A DNA stretch of 54,283 bases from Myxococcota bacterium (lineage in GTDB: Bacteria > Myxococcota_A > UBA796 > UBA2385): NCBI GenBank assembly GCA_044344255.1, contig JBIJDH010000037.1:1-54283 (forward strand). The letters are read 5' to 3'. Below, in pieces: positions 12,091-22,080 of the stretch. Each line of letters starts with the position of its first letter. Position 1 is the first letter of the stretch. The notes beneath the pieces were generated by a model, which saw nothing but the letters and a program-made list of their open reading frames with translations, searched no databases and was not told the DNA's origin. Made by a program: the position numbers and the translations under genes.

Positions 12091-13043
12091 AGAACGTCCT
12101 GGTGACCGGGGCCACGACCCCCATCGGGGAGCGCCTCGTGCGCACCCTCCTCGCCGACTCCCGCGTCGATCGTGTGGTGGCGGCCTCCTTCGAGGATCCC
12201 TCCCGCCTCCCCCTGCGGCCGAGCGACCGACTGAAGATCGTTCAAGTGGACCTCGCCAGCTCTCGGCGGGTCCACGACCTGCTCTTCGGGGTCGCCCGCG
12301 ACACCCGGATCGACACCGTCGCCCACCTCGCCTGCACACGCTCAGCGCACGCCGAGGGAGATCGGATCCACACGATTAACGTCGAGTCGGTGCGGGCGAT
12401 CATCGAGCTCTCCGAGCGCCACCCCACTATCCGCCGCCTCGTCGTGCGCTCGGACGCCGCCGTCTACCAGGTGCAGCGCGATCTGCCTGTGCTGATCGGT
12501 GAAGATCACCCCCTCAACATGTCCGGCAACGCGCCGCAGTGGGTGCGGGACCGCCTCGAGGCCGACGTCACTGCCTGCGTCCGGATGGGCCTCTCTCCGC
12601 TGCAGATCGTGGTGCTGCGCACCGCCGAGGTGCTCGGCCCCGGGACCGGCAGCCAGCTCTTCGACTACCTCGAGAGCCGCGTCTGCCTCCGCCCCGCCGG
12701 CTACGACCCGATGTTGAACCTCCTCACCATCGATGACGCCGTCGCCGCCTTGCAGAAGGCCATCCACTCGGACGCTCAAGGCGTCTTCAACGTACCGGGG
12801 GCGGACACGCTACCCCTCTCGGACTGCATTGGCCTCTGGGGCCGCCTCTCCCTGCCGGTCCCCGGGATGTGGATGACCCCGCTCTACCGCTGGCGGCGCT
12901 TGATGACGGGGCACGACTTCCGCTACGGCATGAACCGGCGGCGGTTCCATTACTCCGGGGTGCTGGACGGCACCCGCGCCCGCGACGTGCTCGGCTACGT
13001 GCCCTGTCACCCGATCGAATGGCCGACGTCTCCTCAAGCTTGA
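12087..13043 (+). CDS. NAD-dependent epimerase/dehydratase family protein (atypical SDR)
   Basis: NVLVTGATTPIG Rossmann-like start, DTVAHLA, VVLR, GYDP, GVFNV; GTGA-coupled to the acyltransferase. Confidence 0.85.
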   Translation: MKNVLVTGATTPIGERLVRTLLADSRVDRVVAASFEDPSRLPLRPSDRLKIVQVDLASSRRVHDLLFGVARDTRIDTVAHLACTRSAHAEGDRIHTINVESVRAIIELSERHPTIRRLVVRSDAAVYQVQRDLPVLIGEDHPLNMSGNAPQWVRDRLEADVTACVRMGLSPLQIVVLRTAEVLGPGTGSQLFDYLESRVCLRPAGYDPMLNLLTIDDAVAALQKAIHSDAQGVFNVPGADTLPLSDCIGLWGRLSLPVPGMWMTPLYRWRRLMTGHDFRYGMNRRRFHYSGVLDGTRARDVLGYVPCHPIEWPTSPQA

Positions 13044-13081
13044 CTCCACGCGGTATCCTTGCCCGCTCCGAAGGAGGGCTC

Positions 13082-13831
13082 ATGTCTGGCAGCGCTGTCC
13101 GATCTCCCCTGTGTTCTCGCCTGTGCGGGTTCGTGTCCCTGGTCGCGATCCCGCTCCTCGCCGCGTGCGGGGGCGAAAAGGGGGAGGAAGGGGGAGCAGC
13201 GGGCGGCAGCGACACGGCCGCTGACGGGGCCAGCGACGGCGGCGATGGCGGCGGAGACGGCAGCTCCAGCGGCTGCCCCGACGAGGTGCCCGAGCAGTAC
13301 CGCAACGTATGGGACTGCGACGTCAACACCTGCGACGGGACGCTCTTTTACCACATCGGCAGTGGCACTTCGACCGCCGACGGACAGATCACGCTCACCG
13401 AGCAGTGGTTCATGTTCACGGGCCCCGGCGAGTGGTGCACCGACACCTTCGAGATGACGGGCACGCTCAGCGACTATGATCCGGCCACCTTCAATTGTTC
13501 GGAGTGTGAGGAGGTCTGGCAGATCCGCTACGAGCTGACGACTGGCAACAGCTGCAGCCTCATCTGGGGCAGCCTGTTCTACGGTGACGACGGCAAGGAG
13601 CTGGAAGAGGGGCCCGAGCGCGGCTTCATGCTCTTCGAGACCCACAACGCCTTCGGCAGCCGCAACGAAGACAACGGCATGCTCGTGATCTCGGCGCCGA
13701 TCCTCGGAGACTACTACTACCCCGACATCAACTACGGGCGCGGGACCGCCACCCCGAGCACCGACACGGACGGGCCACCCCAGGACTACGAGTGGGTGAG
13801 CGGCGCCGTCTGCGCCACCAGCGGCGGTTGA
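13082..13831 (+). CDS. Cys-rich lipoprotein (hypothetical)
   Basis: GGAGG RBS, lipobox LLAAC, Gly/Asp/Ser linker, several Cys pairs (FNCSECEE). Confidence 0.75.
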   Translation: MSGSAVRSPLCSRLCGFVSLVAIPLLAACGGEKGEEGGAAGGSDTAADGASDGGDGGGDGSSSGCPDEVPEQYRNVWDCDVNTCDGTLFYHIGSGTSTADGQITLTEQWFMFTGPGEWCTDTFEMTGTLSDYDPATFNCSECEEVWQIRYELTTGNSCSLIWGSLFYGDDGKELEEGPERGFMLFETHNAFGSRNEDNGMLVISAPILGDYYYPDINYGRGTATPSTDTDGPPQDYEWVSGAVCATSGG

Positions 13832-13896
13832 GTCGCGTCGGAGGGGCGGCCTACGGCCGGATCGGCGCCACCCGAATCCCGGGATAGCGGGCGGCC

Positions 13897-15426
13897 GTGC
13901 TCTTCCCGACCCTCGATTACCTGTTCTTCCTGGCCCTCACCGTCGGGCTGTACTGGGGAGTACCAGCGCGGCTGCGCGTGGTGGTGCTCGGGCTGGCCTC
14001 CCTCGCCTTCTACGCCTCCTGGAGCGTGATCTACCTCCCGGTGATGTTGCTGCTCGTCGCTGTCTCCTGGGGGGGGGCGATGTGGCTCTTCGCCTGGCGA
14101 AGCTGGAATGGCGCGGGGCTCCGCCGGGCGGTGGTGGCGATCGCGCTCTTGATGCCCTTGTTCTTCTTCAAGTACTGGGATTGGGTGGCGGGCAATTTCG
14201 AGTGGGTCTTGGCGCACCTCAACCTCGTGGTCGAGCTGCCACGGGTGAACCTGAAGCAGCCCCCGGTCGGTATCTCCTTCCACACCTTCCAATGCCTCGC
14301 CTACGCGCTGGACATCGGCCGGATCAAGGCAGGAGACGCCGAGCCGGTCGAGCGTGATCTTCTGACGACGCGAGGGTCAAACGGGGCGCTTCCGGCCCTC
14401 GCGGGGGCCGGCGGTCCGTCGCCTCAGCCGGCGCTCGCCGGGGCCGAGCGTGATCTTTGGCGCTTCATGACCTTTCAGATGTTCTTCCCGCTGCTGGTGG
14501 CGGGGCCGATCACGCGCGCCAAGGTGCTGCTCCCCCAACTTCGCGACATGCCCTTGCTCCGCCAGCAGCAGATCGGGCGCGGCCTGTGGCGGATCAGCAA
14601 GGGGATGGCGAAGAAGCTGCTGGTCGCCGACGTGCTGGCGGTCGGCATCGTCGACCCGATCTTCGGCGATCCGGGTCGTTTCACCGGAGTGGAGCTCCTG
14701 TTCGCGCTGTACGCCTACACCCTGCAGATCTACTACGACTTCTCGGGCTACTCCGACATCGCCATCGGCTCGGCCCGGTTGTTCGGGATCGAGATCCCCG
14801 AGAATTTCCGTCGGCCCTACCTCGCGACCAGCGTGGCCGCGTTCTGGCGCCGCTGGCACATCACGCTGTCGGATTGGATCCGCGACTACATGTTCTTCCC
14901 GATGGGTGGATCACGGGGTTCGGCCTGGATGATCTATCGAAACACCATGCTCACGCTCGTGGCCATCGGCATCTGGCACGGGGCGAGCTGGAACTTCGTG
15001 GTGTACGGCGCGCTGCACGGGGTGGCGGTGTGTATCAACCGCTTCCAGCAGCGCCGCACGGGGCGAAAGCCCGATGAGCCCCTCCCGAACGCGTGGGCTT
15101 GGGCTTGGCGGTGGTTCATCACCTTCCACTTCGTCGTCATCGCCCGCATCCTGTTCCGGGCCCCCGACCTCGAGACATCCTGGCAGATGCTCGAGGGCCT
15201 TGGGAGGATTGACCTCGTCTTCCCTCGCTTCTCGCCGACCTCTTGGGCCGTGTTCGTCGTCGGCTACGCGGTGCACTTCACGCCGGAGCGTTGGAGTGAT
15301 ACATCGGAGGGTGTCTTTACGCGTCAACACCCCGCGGTGTGGGCGCTGGTCGCGGCGGGGGTCGCCGCGGCGGCCCTGCTGATGGGGACTGGCGAGCACC
15401 TCGCCTTCGTCTACTACCAGTTTTAG
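13897..15426 (+). CDS. MBOAT O-acyltransferase (AlgI/PatA/DltB family)
   Basis: PVGISF, FFPLLVAGPI, YDFSGYSDIAIG, ENFRRPY, FWRRWHITLS, catalytic GIWHGA. Confidence 0.95.
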   Translation: MLFPTLDYLFFLALTVGLYWGVPARLRVVVLGLASLAFYASWSVIYLPVMLLLVAVSWGGAMWLFAWRSWNGAGLRRAVVAIALLMPLFFFKYWDWVAGNFEWVLAHLNLVVELPRVNLKQPPVGISFHTFQCLAYALDIGRIKAGDAEPVERDLLTTRGSNGALPALAGAGGPSPQPALAGAERDLWRFMTFQMFFPLLVAGPITRAKVLLPQLRDMPLLRQQQIGRGLWRISKGMAKKLLVADVLAVGIVDPIFGDPGRFTGVELLFALYAYTLQIYYDFSGYSDIAIGSARLFGIEIPENFRRPYLATSVAAFWRRWHITLSDWIRDYMFFPMGGSRGSAWMIYRNTMLTLVAIGIWHGASWNFVVYGALHGVAVCINRFQQRRTGRKPDEPLPNAWAWAWRWFITFHFVVIARILFRAPDLETSWQMLEGLGRIDLVFPRFSPTSWAVFVVGYAVHFTPERWSDTSEGVFTRQHPAVWALVAAGVAAAALLMGTGEHLAFVYYQF

Positions 15427-15480
15427 TCGGCCTATCTCCTTGATCACCCTGCGAATGACGGAGCCTGCCAAAGCCCGACC

Positions 15481-17325
15481 ATGTCCCCGCTGCCTGACCA
15501 TCGACGGGAGCTCCGCCAGCTCCTCCAGTTCGCAGGGGTGCTCTCCGCCCTGTGCGCGGTGACCTACGTTCACCCTGCGGCGGTGGTGGTGCGGCCGTGG
15601 CTCCCGGGGGAGCCCGTCCCCCTCGTTCATCTCGTCGGCGACGATCGGGTGGTCGTGGAGTCGGCTGACGGCGGCATCCGAGTGGAGACGGACGGCGGCG
15701 CCGACGCCTTGCCCCCGGGCCTCCAGGACGGCGACACCGCAGCGCCGATCGTCGAAGAAGAAGAGTTCCATCCTGACGAGTTCGTACGGGTGAGCCCACC
15801 GGAGGTCGACCTGTCCTCCGGCGAGAGCACCGAGGTGGAGCGGCCCGTGGCCGTCAAGGGGGCCGTCCCGGGATCGGCAGCCTCCGCCGCGGTCGCGCCC
15901 GCCCAGCCGCCGACCTTGGCCGAGGTGGAGCACCTCTTCCAACCACGATCGGTCCGTCCCAGGGTGGCCACCCCCATCGCTCCCGAGGTGTCCGCGGTGC
16001 CAGCCGCCAGCACCGCGGTCGACCTCGCGGGGACGCCCGATGCCCTCACCGTCGTGGTGGATCCCCCGCCGGAGGCCCTTGCGGTGCAGGGCCTGCCGAT
16101 CCGCGCCCCCGCTCGCCCGACCCCGCTCGAGGTGCCTGCCGGCGGGCTGGACGCTTGGTTCAGCGCGTTGGCCCGTGCGGAGGCGAACGAGCCCGGTCAG
16201 ATCGCTCGTGCCCTGCATTGGGGTGACAGCACCATCGCCGCGGACGGCCTCACCCGCACCGTGCGCAAGCGCCTCCAGTCCCGCTTCGGCGACGGCGGCC
16301 CAGGCTTCCTGCCGGTCGCGGTTGACCCGCGATGGTCGGCCCGGCCGGGCGTCACCCGCACCAAGACCGGAGACTGGAAGACCCGCAATGTCACCTTCGG
16401 CGGCGCCCAGAAGCCATACTACGGCCTCTCCGGCTTCGTCTCCACGGCCTACGGGGCGGCCTCCTCGACCCTTGGCGGGCTGCGAGTGCCCGGCAGCGAG
16501 TCTCGTCAGCCCCTGCACCGCTTCGACGTCTTTTACCAGGTCCAGCCCCAGGGCGGCACGCTCTACGCGAAGGCGGCCGGCCGAGAGGGCGTGGCGCTGA
16601 GCTCCGTCGCGGAGGCCGTGGGTGACGCCTTCTACGAGCTCCTGGTGCCCGAGGGCGCCGAGACGCTGAGCCTCCACGCCGGCGGCGACGGCCCGGTCAC
16701 CCTCTATGGGGTGGCGCTCGAGACCGCAGGCCCCGGTGTCACCTGGGAGACGCTGGGGGTCGCCGGCGCCTCGACCTACTCCCTCCAGCGGAACCAGGCG
16801 AAGGGGCACCTCGGGCGACAGATCTCCCGCCGCGACCCGGACATCATCGTCTACCAGATGGGCGGCAATGAGCTCGGTTACCCGAGCGTGAAGTCGGGAG
16901 ACGGCAAAGTCTACAAGGAGAGCTACAAGGCCCTCATCCAGCGGCTCCGCGCCGCGGCCCCCAACGCATCCTGCCTGCTCATCACCCCCCTGGATCAGGG
17001 TGAGCGGTACCGCAACTCCATCCAGAGCAAGCCGGCGCTCAACAACATGATCAACGTCCAGCGGGCGGCGGCGTCGGAGCTCGGCTGCGCCTTCTGGGAC
17101 GCCCGCGCCGCGATGGGCGGTAACGGGTCGATGGGGCGCTGGCTCAACAAGAAGCTCGCCTGGGCGGACCTCTTCCACCTCACGGAGCAGGGCCTCTCGA
17201 TCATCGGGAACACGCTCTCCGACGCCATGCTCCTCGCGTATGACCAGTGGCGGATGCGCAACCCGGGCGGCGGGGCTTCGGTGGCCGACCCCTCCTCCGG
17301 CGGCGGTGACGGGTCGAGCGGCTGA
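15481..17325 (+). CDS. Membrane-anchored SGNH/GDSL hydrolase (probable O-acetyltransferase partner of the MBOAT)
   Basis: N-terminal TM and Pro-rich linker; WGDS, GVAGA, GGNE, DLFH blocks. Confidence 0.85.
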   Translation: MSPLPDHRRELRQLLQFAGVLSALCAVTYVHPAAVVVRPWLPGEPVPLVHLVGDDRVVVESADGGIRVETDGGADALPPGLQDGDTAAPIVEEEEFHPDEFVRVSPPEVDLSSGESTEVERPVAVKGAVPGSAASAAVAPAQPPTLAEVEHLFQPRSVRPRVATPIAPEVSAVPAASTAVDLAGTPDALTVVVDPPPEALAVQGLPIRAPARPTPLEVPAGGLDAWFSALARAEANEPGQIARALHWGDSTIAADGLTRTVRKRLQSRFGDGGPGFLPVAVDPRWSARPGVTRTKTGDWKTRNVTFGGAQKPYYGLSGFVSTAYGAASSTLGGLRVPGSESRQPLHRFDVFYQVQPQGGTLYAKAAGREGVALSSVAEAVGDAFYELLVPEGAETLSLHAGGDGPVTLYGVALETAGPGVTWETLGVAGASTYSLQRNQAKGHLGRQISRRDPDIIVYQMGGNELGYPSVKSGDGKVYKESYKALIQRLRAAAPNASCLLITPLDQGERYRNSIQSKPALNNMINVQRAAASELGCAFWDARAAMGGNGSMGRWLNKKLAWADLFHLTEQGLSIIGNTLSDAMLLAYDQWRMRNPGGGASVADPSSGGGDGSSG

Positions 17326-17366
17326 AAGTCTGAACGGAGCGCCCGCGGGCTGATTAAGGGCCGGAG

Positions 17367-20009
17367 ATGGAAGGTCTCATCGCCCTCGTGGTCATCGCGC
17401 TGCTGGCGGCGATCGGACTCTTTCCGATCGTGGCGTTCATCCTCGCGCTGTCGGCGAGGGGTCGGATCCAACGCCTGGAGGCCGAGCACCGTTCGTTGGA
17501 GGGCCGTCTCCTCCAACTGGAGGCCTCCGCGCGCGCGGCGGCGCCGGCCTCGCCGCGGCCTGTGGCTCCCGCCCTCGGTCCGACGCCGACGCCGACGCCG
17601 ACGCCGATCCCGAGTCCAGACCCAGCTCCGATCCCGAGCCCGGCTCCGCTTGCCTCACCTCCGCCGGCCCCCGCCGCGAAGCCCGAGCCTCCGCTCGCCG
17701 CGAGGCCGTCGCCCCTGCCTCCCCGCGTCGCCAGGCCGACGGTCCCCTCGCGCCCCCTGCTCCCCGCGGTCTCGATCGAGCGGGTCGCCGTCACCCTCGC
17801 GAGCGGCCTCGGCGGCCTGATGGTGCTGCTGGCGGCCCTCTTCGCCCTGAAGGTGGCGGTGGACAAGGGTTGGTTCGGCCCCGCCTTTCGCATCGCGGCG
17901 GGCTTCGCGGTGGGGGTGAGCGCCTGGGCCCTCGCCCTTCGGCTGTACCGCCACAACTACCGTTGGCTGGTCTCCGCCCTCTCTGGGGCTGGCATGGGTG
18001 TGCTCTTCGGCACGATCTTCGCGGGGGTCTCTCTCTTTGGGCTCCTGCCGCACCTGCTCGGCTTCGTGCTGCTCGCAGGGGTGAGCGTCGTCGCGATCGT
18101 CCAGGCCGTGCGCCTCTCTGACCGCTTCATGGCCCACCTCGGCCTCGTCGGCGGCGTCCTGACCCCCGTGCTCGTGAGCACAGGGGAGAACCGCCCGATC
18201 GCCCTCTTCTCCTACGTCACCCTCCTCGTCGTGGGGGCGCTCGTCGTCGCGCGCCGCAGGTCGTGGCCCGACCTCAGCCTCTCGGCGCTGGTCGGCGCCG
18301 CCTTCCTCTACGCCGGCTGGAGCGCCGCGTACCACCAGCCCGATCAGGCGCCCGTGGCCCTCGTCGCCGCGATGGTGCTGATGCTGCCCTTCACCGCCGT
18401 CGCGCTCCGTCGCGAGGAGACCCTGGAGGGCGGGAACCTGCCGGTGGCGGTGGTGGGCGTCTTCGTCTTCGCCCTCGCCGGTGCCGCCTGGCTGGCGCCG
18501 ATTGACGCGGACTTCATCGATCCGCGCTCCGGGCTGGTGATGGTGCGCCCCTTCGGCCCCCTGCCCATCGCCAGCCTGATCGGGACGCTGCTCTTGCCCA
18601 CCCCGGCCCTCTTCATCGCCCGCCAGCGCAAGAGCTCGCCCTTGGCCGGCGCGGCGACGCTGCTCTCCTCATTGTTGCTCACGATCTTCGCGATCGGCTG
18701 GGCGGCCGAGGCCCGCCCGCCGGCCCTCGCCCTCTCCGCCGCGGCCTGCCTCCCGAGCGCCGTCGCCTTCGCGCTGCTCATCGGTCGATCCGCGCTCAGC
18801 CGCGCGCTGCTCCCCCTGCCCCTCGCCGCCGGCTTGGCCCTCAGCCTGCTCGGCGCGGCCGTCCCCGGCGAGGGCGGCCTGTTCTTCGCCGGCCTCGCCG
18901 GGCTCATCCTCTTCACCGCGGCGGCCGCGCTCTCGCTCCGAGACGGCTGGCTGTTGGGGGCGCTGCTCTTCGGCCTCGCCCTCCCCTTGTTCGTGGTGAG
19001 CGCGGACGTCGAGGCGATCGGCCCCGGCTTCGTCGCCAGCGCGGCCCTGATCTCCACGGCCCTCCTCACCACCCTGCCCCTCCGCACCGCCTGGCACCGT
19101 GACGGGCGGCTCCCCTCGGTGGTGGCGGCCCTGGCGCCGCTCTTCTTCTTCCCCCCGCTGTACCAGTGTTGGAAGGTCGGCTTCGGCGACCCCGTCATCG
19201 GCGCGCTCCCCGCCTTGCTCGCGGGGATGGCCCTGCTCGGCGCCGCCGCCCAGGTGCGGCTCCACCGCGCGACCGACACCGACGGCCTGCTCGCGGTCTT
19301 CGTGGGCGTGGCCCTCCTTGGGGCGACGGCCGCGCTGCCGATCCAGCTCCACGACGCCTGGCTCACCGTCGCCTGGGCCTTGGAGGCGGCGGCGCTGGCC
19401 CGCTTGAGCCGGCGCCTGCGCCACCCGCTCGTGCCTTGGGCGGCCGTCCTGCTCTCCGTGGCGGTCGGCGTGCGCCTGCTCCTCAACCCCTGGGCGCTCT
19501 CCTACGGGGACACCGCGGGGCTGCCGATCCTGAACTGGACGCTGTACACCTGGGGCCTGCCCGCGGTCGCGCTCTTGCTCGCCTCCCGCTGGCTGGAGGG
19601 CAGGGTCCCCGCCTTCGTCCGCCTGGGCCTGCTGCTCACCAGCGTCGCCCTCGGCTTCGCCCTCGTCAACGTGCAGGTCTCCGACTTCTTCCAAGACTCT
19701 GGCCCCGTCGAGCTCGGCGGCAGCGGCGTCCTCCAGGGCATGGTTCGCTCGCTGTCGTGGGCCGCCTACGGGGTCACCATCCTCGTGGTCGGCCTCGCGC
19801 GCGACCACCGTGTCATCCGGATCGTGGGGTTCGGCGTCGTGCTGCTCGGCACCGCCAAGGTCTTCATCGTCGATCTGTGGGCCCTGTCGGGCTTCGTGCG
19901 GGTGGGCAGCGTGCTCGGCCTCGGCATGAGCTTGCTCGTCGCCGCCTTCCTCTTCGAGCGGCTCGTCCTCCGACGCAGCCCCCCTCCTGCTGCTGGAGAT
20001 GAGGGATGA
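17367..20009 (+). CDS. DUF2339-like polytopic membrane protein
   Basis: N-terminal TM, Pro-rich linker, GWFGPAFRIAAG, LTPVLVSTGE..LFSY, C-terminal KVFIVDLWALSGFVRVGS. Confidence 0.85.
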   Translation: MEGLIALVVIALLAAIGLFPIVAFILALSARGRIQRLEAEHRSLEGRLLQLEASARAAAPASPRPVAPALGPTPTPTPTPIPSPDPAPIPSPAPLASPPPAPAAKPEPPLAARPSPLPPRVARPTVPSRPLLPAVSIERVAVTLASGLGGLMVLLAALFALKVAVDKGWFGPAFRIAAGFAVGVSAWALALRLYRHNYRWLVSALSGAGMGVLFGTIFAGVSLFGLLPHLLGFVLLAGVSVVAIVQAVRLSDRFMAHLGLVGGVLTPVLVSTGENRPIALFSYVTLLVVGALVVARRRSWPDLSLSALVGAAFLYAGWSAAYHQPDQAPVALVAAMVLMLPFTAVALRREETLEGGNLPVAVVGVFVFALAGAAWLAPIDADFIDPRSGLVMVRPFGPLPIASLIGTLLLPTPALFIARQRKSSPLAGAATLLSSLLLTIFAIGWAAEARPPALALSAAACLPSAVAFALLIGRSALSRALLPLPLAAGLALSLLGAAVPGEGGLFFAGLAGLILFTAAAALSLRDGWLLGALLFGLALPLFVVSADVEAIGPGFVASAALISTALLTTLPLRTAWHRDGRLPSVVAALAPLFFFPPLYQCWKVGFGDPVIGALPALLAGMALLGAAAQVRLHRATDTDGLLAVFVGVALLGATAALPIQLHDAWLTVAWALEAAALARLSRRLRHPLVPWAAVLLSVAVGVRLLLNPWALSYGDTAGLPILNWTLYTWGLPAVALLLASRWLEGRVPAFVRLGLLLTSVALGFALVNVQVSDFFQDSGPVELGGSGVLQGMVRSLSWAAYGVTILVVGLARDHRVIRIVGFGVVLLGTAKVFIVDLWALSGFVRVGSVLGLGMSLLVAAFLFERLVLRRSPPPAAGDEG

Positions 20010-21955
20010 ACCTCGCCCTGCTCCTGACCTCCGCCGCCCTCGCTCAGGAGGTCGACCGTTACCCCTGGGTGATGACCCTCGATCCGGCCCAGTGCGAGTC
20101 CTGCACCGCCGAGAATCGCGTGGGGAAGGGCACCTTCCGCGTCCATCTCCCCGCGCTCGCCCGCTCTGTCGACGACCCCGTCGACGGCTCCGACCTCCTG
20201 CTCCATGGCCCGGACGGTCAGCCCCTCCCATTCGCCGTCCTGCGGGGGCAGCGAGAAGCGGAGCGGATCTTCCTCCACGCGCAGCGCACCGCCGACCCCA
20301 ACCTCCTCGAGATCGACCAACTGGACCGGCGCATCGACGGCATCGAGGTGGATCTCGACGACAACCCTGCCGCCGCCCACGTTCAGGTCTACGAGGCCAC
20401 CGCGGGCGGCTGGAGGCCGATTGGCCCCGATCAGCTAGTGTGGTCCTGCATCTTCGGCGATCATGAGGTGGTTCGTTTCCCCGCCAGCGCCGGCCCCCTC
20501 CGCGTGGTGATCCGCCACCACTTCCCCTACGACGCCGATCCGCCCGACATCACGGGGCTCCGCCTCGCGGAGGCCAGCGTCGATCCCGTCGAGCTCCGCT
20601 TCCCGGTCGTCGATCACCGCCTCGGGGAGGACGGGAACGCGCGGTACACCGTACCCCTGCCCCACGCCCTGCCCATCCGGCGGGTGCGCCTCCATCCCAC
20701 CGACGCCCTCTTCGAGCGCCAGGTGACCGTCACGGCCGAGCCCGTCACCGCCGGAGTCACGCCGAGCGGGGCCACGGGCACCGTTCAGCGAATCCTCATC
20801 GGCGGGGCGACCGTCGACTCCGTCACCGTCGAGGCCCCCAGCGGGAACCGCTCGAACGAGCTCGTGCTCTACGTCGAGACCCAGGGCCGCGAGCCGCTCG
20901 ACCTCCCCGAGGTCACCGTCGAGCTCGAGGGCGAGGAGCTGCTCCTCCATGACCCCGGCCCGGGGCCGTGGACGCTCTACGCGGGGGCCCCGCCGGGCAC
21001 CCGCTCCCCCTCCGACCTCCAGACCGCCGTCCCCGAGCTCTCGCGGATGGCCACGGCGGTCCTCGAACCTTCGGCCCCGATCCCTCACGCCGGCTACTCG
21101 CCGCCCGAGCTCCGGGCCCAGCTCGGCTCCCCGGGCACCGAGCTCGACCTCGCGGGCTGGCGGCAGGCCCGCCCGATCGAGGGGGTGGGTCTGAGCGCGA
21201 TCCCCCTGCCCTCCGAGCTCCTCGCCGAGGCGAGGCCCGATCTCGGCGACCTCCGCCTCGTGGACGCCGCCGGTCGTCAGATCCCCTACCTCCTGCGGCG
21301 CCGCGCCCAGGACCACGACTGGGGCGACCTCGTGATGGAGCGGGTCGAGGTGGGCGCCGAGTCGCGCATCACCCTCCGGCTGCCGGAGCCCGCGGTCCCC
21401 CTCTCGACGCTCACCCTCGTCACCGAGGCCCCCCTCTTCTCCCGACGGATCACGGTCTTTCGGGCGGCAGGCGCCGAGCTCACTCCCCTGCGCGCCTTCC
21501 AGTGGCAGGGCCAGGACCGGCCGATCACCGCCACCCTCGACGTCGATCAGGTCGTGGGCGGCGCGCTCCTCGTCCAGGTGGACAACGGCGACAACCCCCC
21601 GCTGCCGATCTCGTCGATCCGGGGGGCCTGGCCGCAGTGGGAGGTGATCGCCTGGCTGCCCGAGGCCGGCGGCGTGCGCCTCCTCTCGACCAACCCGCGG
21701 GCATCGGCCCCCGCCTATGACCTTGGCCTGCTGCGGGACGAGCTCCTCTCCCGCCCCACCGCCGTCGCGACGGTCGGCGCGGTGACCGCCTTGCAAGGTG
21801 CAGGCCAGTCCGTCGTCGAGCGGATCGTCTTGGCCGGAGGGGTCGCGGTCCTCGTGCTGGGCTTAGGCGCTTTGACGCTACTTATTTTGGGGTCTGTGCC
21901 GGCCACGCCGGCGAATGTGAAAAAAGATGTAACAGAGGACGAGCCCCAGACCTGA
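20006..21955 (+). CDS. DUF3999-like exported protein with a C-terminal TM anchor
   Basis: Signal peptide; DLGDLRLVDAAGRQIPY, VDNGDNPPL, APAYDL motifs; ATGA-coupled to the DUF2339 gene. Confidence 0.7.
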   Translation: MNLALLLTSAALAQEVDRYPWVMTLDPAQCESCTAENRVGKGTFRVHLPALARSVDDPVDGSDLLLHGPDGQPLPFAVLRGQREAERIFLHAQRTADPNLLEIDQLDRRIDGIEVDLDDNPAAAHVQVYEATAGGWRPIGPDQLVWSCIFGDHEVVRFPASAGPLRVVIRHHFPYDADPPDITGLRLAEASVDPVELRFPVVDHRLGEDGNARYTVPLPHALPIRRVRLHPTDALFERQVTVTAEPVTAGVTPSGATGTVQRILIGGATVDSVTVEAPSGNRSNELVLYVETQGREPLDLPEVTVELEGEELLLHDPGPGPWTLYAGAPPGTRSPSDLQTAVPELSRMATAVLEPSAPIPHAGYSPPELRAQLGSPGTELDLAGWRQARPIEGVGLSAIPLPSELLAEARPDLGDLRLVDAAGRQIPYLLRRRAQDHDWGDLVMERVEVGAESRITLRLPEPAVPLSTLTLVTEAPLFSRRITVFRAAGAELTPLRAFQWQGQDRPITATLDVDQVVGGALLVQVDNGDNPPLPISSIRGAWPQWEVIAWLPEAGGVRLLSTNPRASAPAYDLGLLRDELLSRPTAVATVGAVTALQGAGQSVVERIVLAGGVAVLVLGLGALTLLILGSVPATPANVKKDVTEDEPQT

Positions 21956-22080
21956 CGCACTCGCTCTAGATGTCCTTGGCTCTCGAGAGGAGAGCCGAAT
22001 CAGCCTCCCCGCGCCTGCACCGATCTTGGCCTTTGACCAGCGGAAGCGAGCACGCGAGGGCTGTCTATTTGGAGCACGTC

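Noticed and set aside
17580..17606. CCGACG tandem repeat (also the 15-bp duplication near 28540-28575)
   Set aside because: Ordinary low-complexity Pro-rich linker coding.
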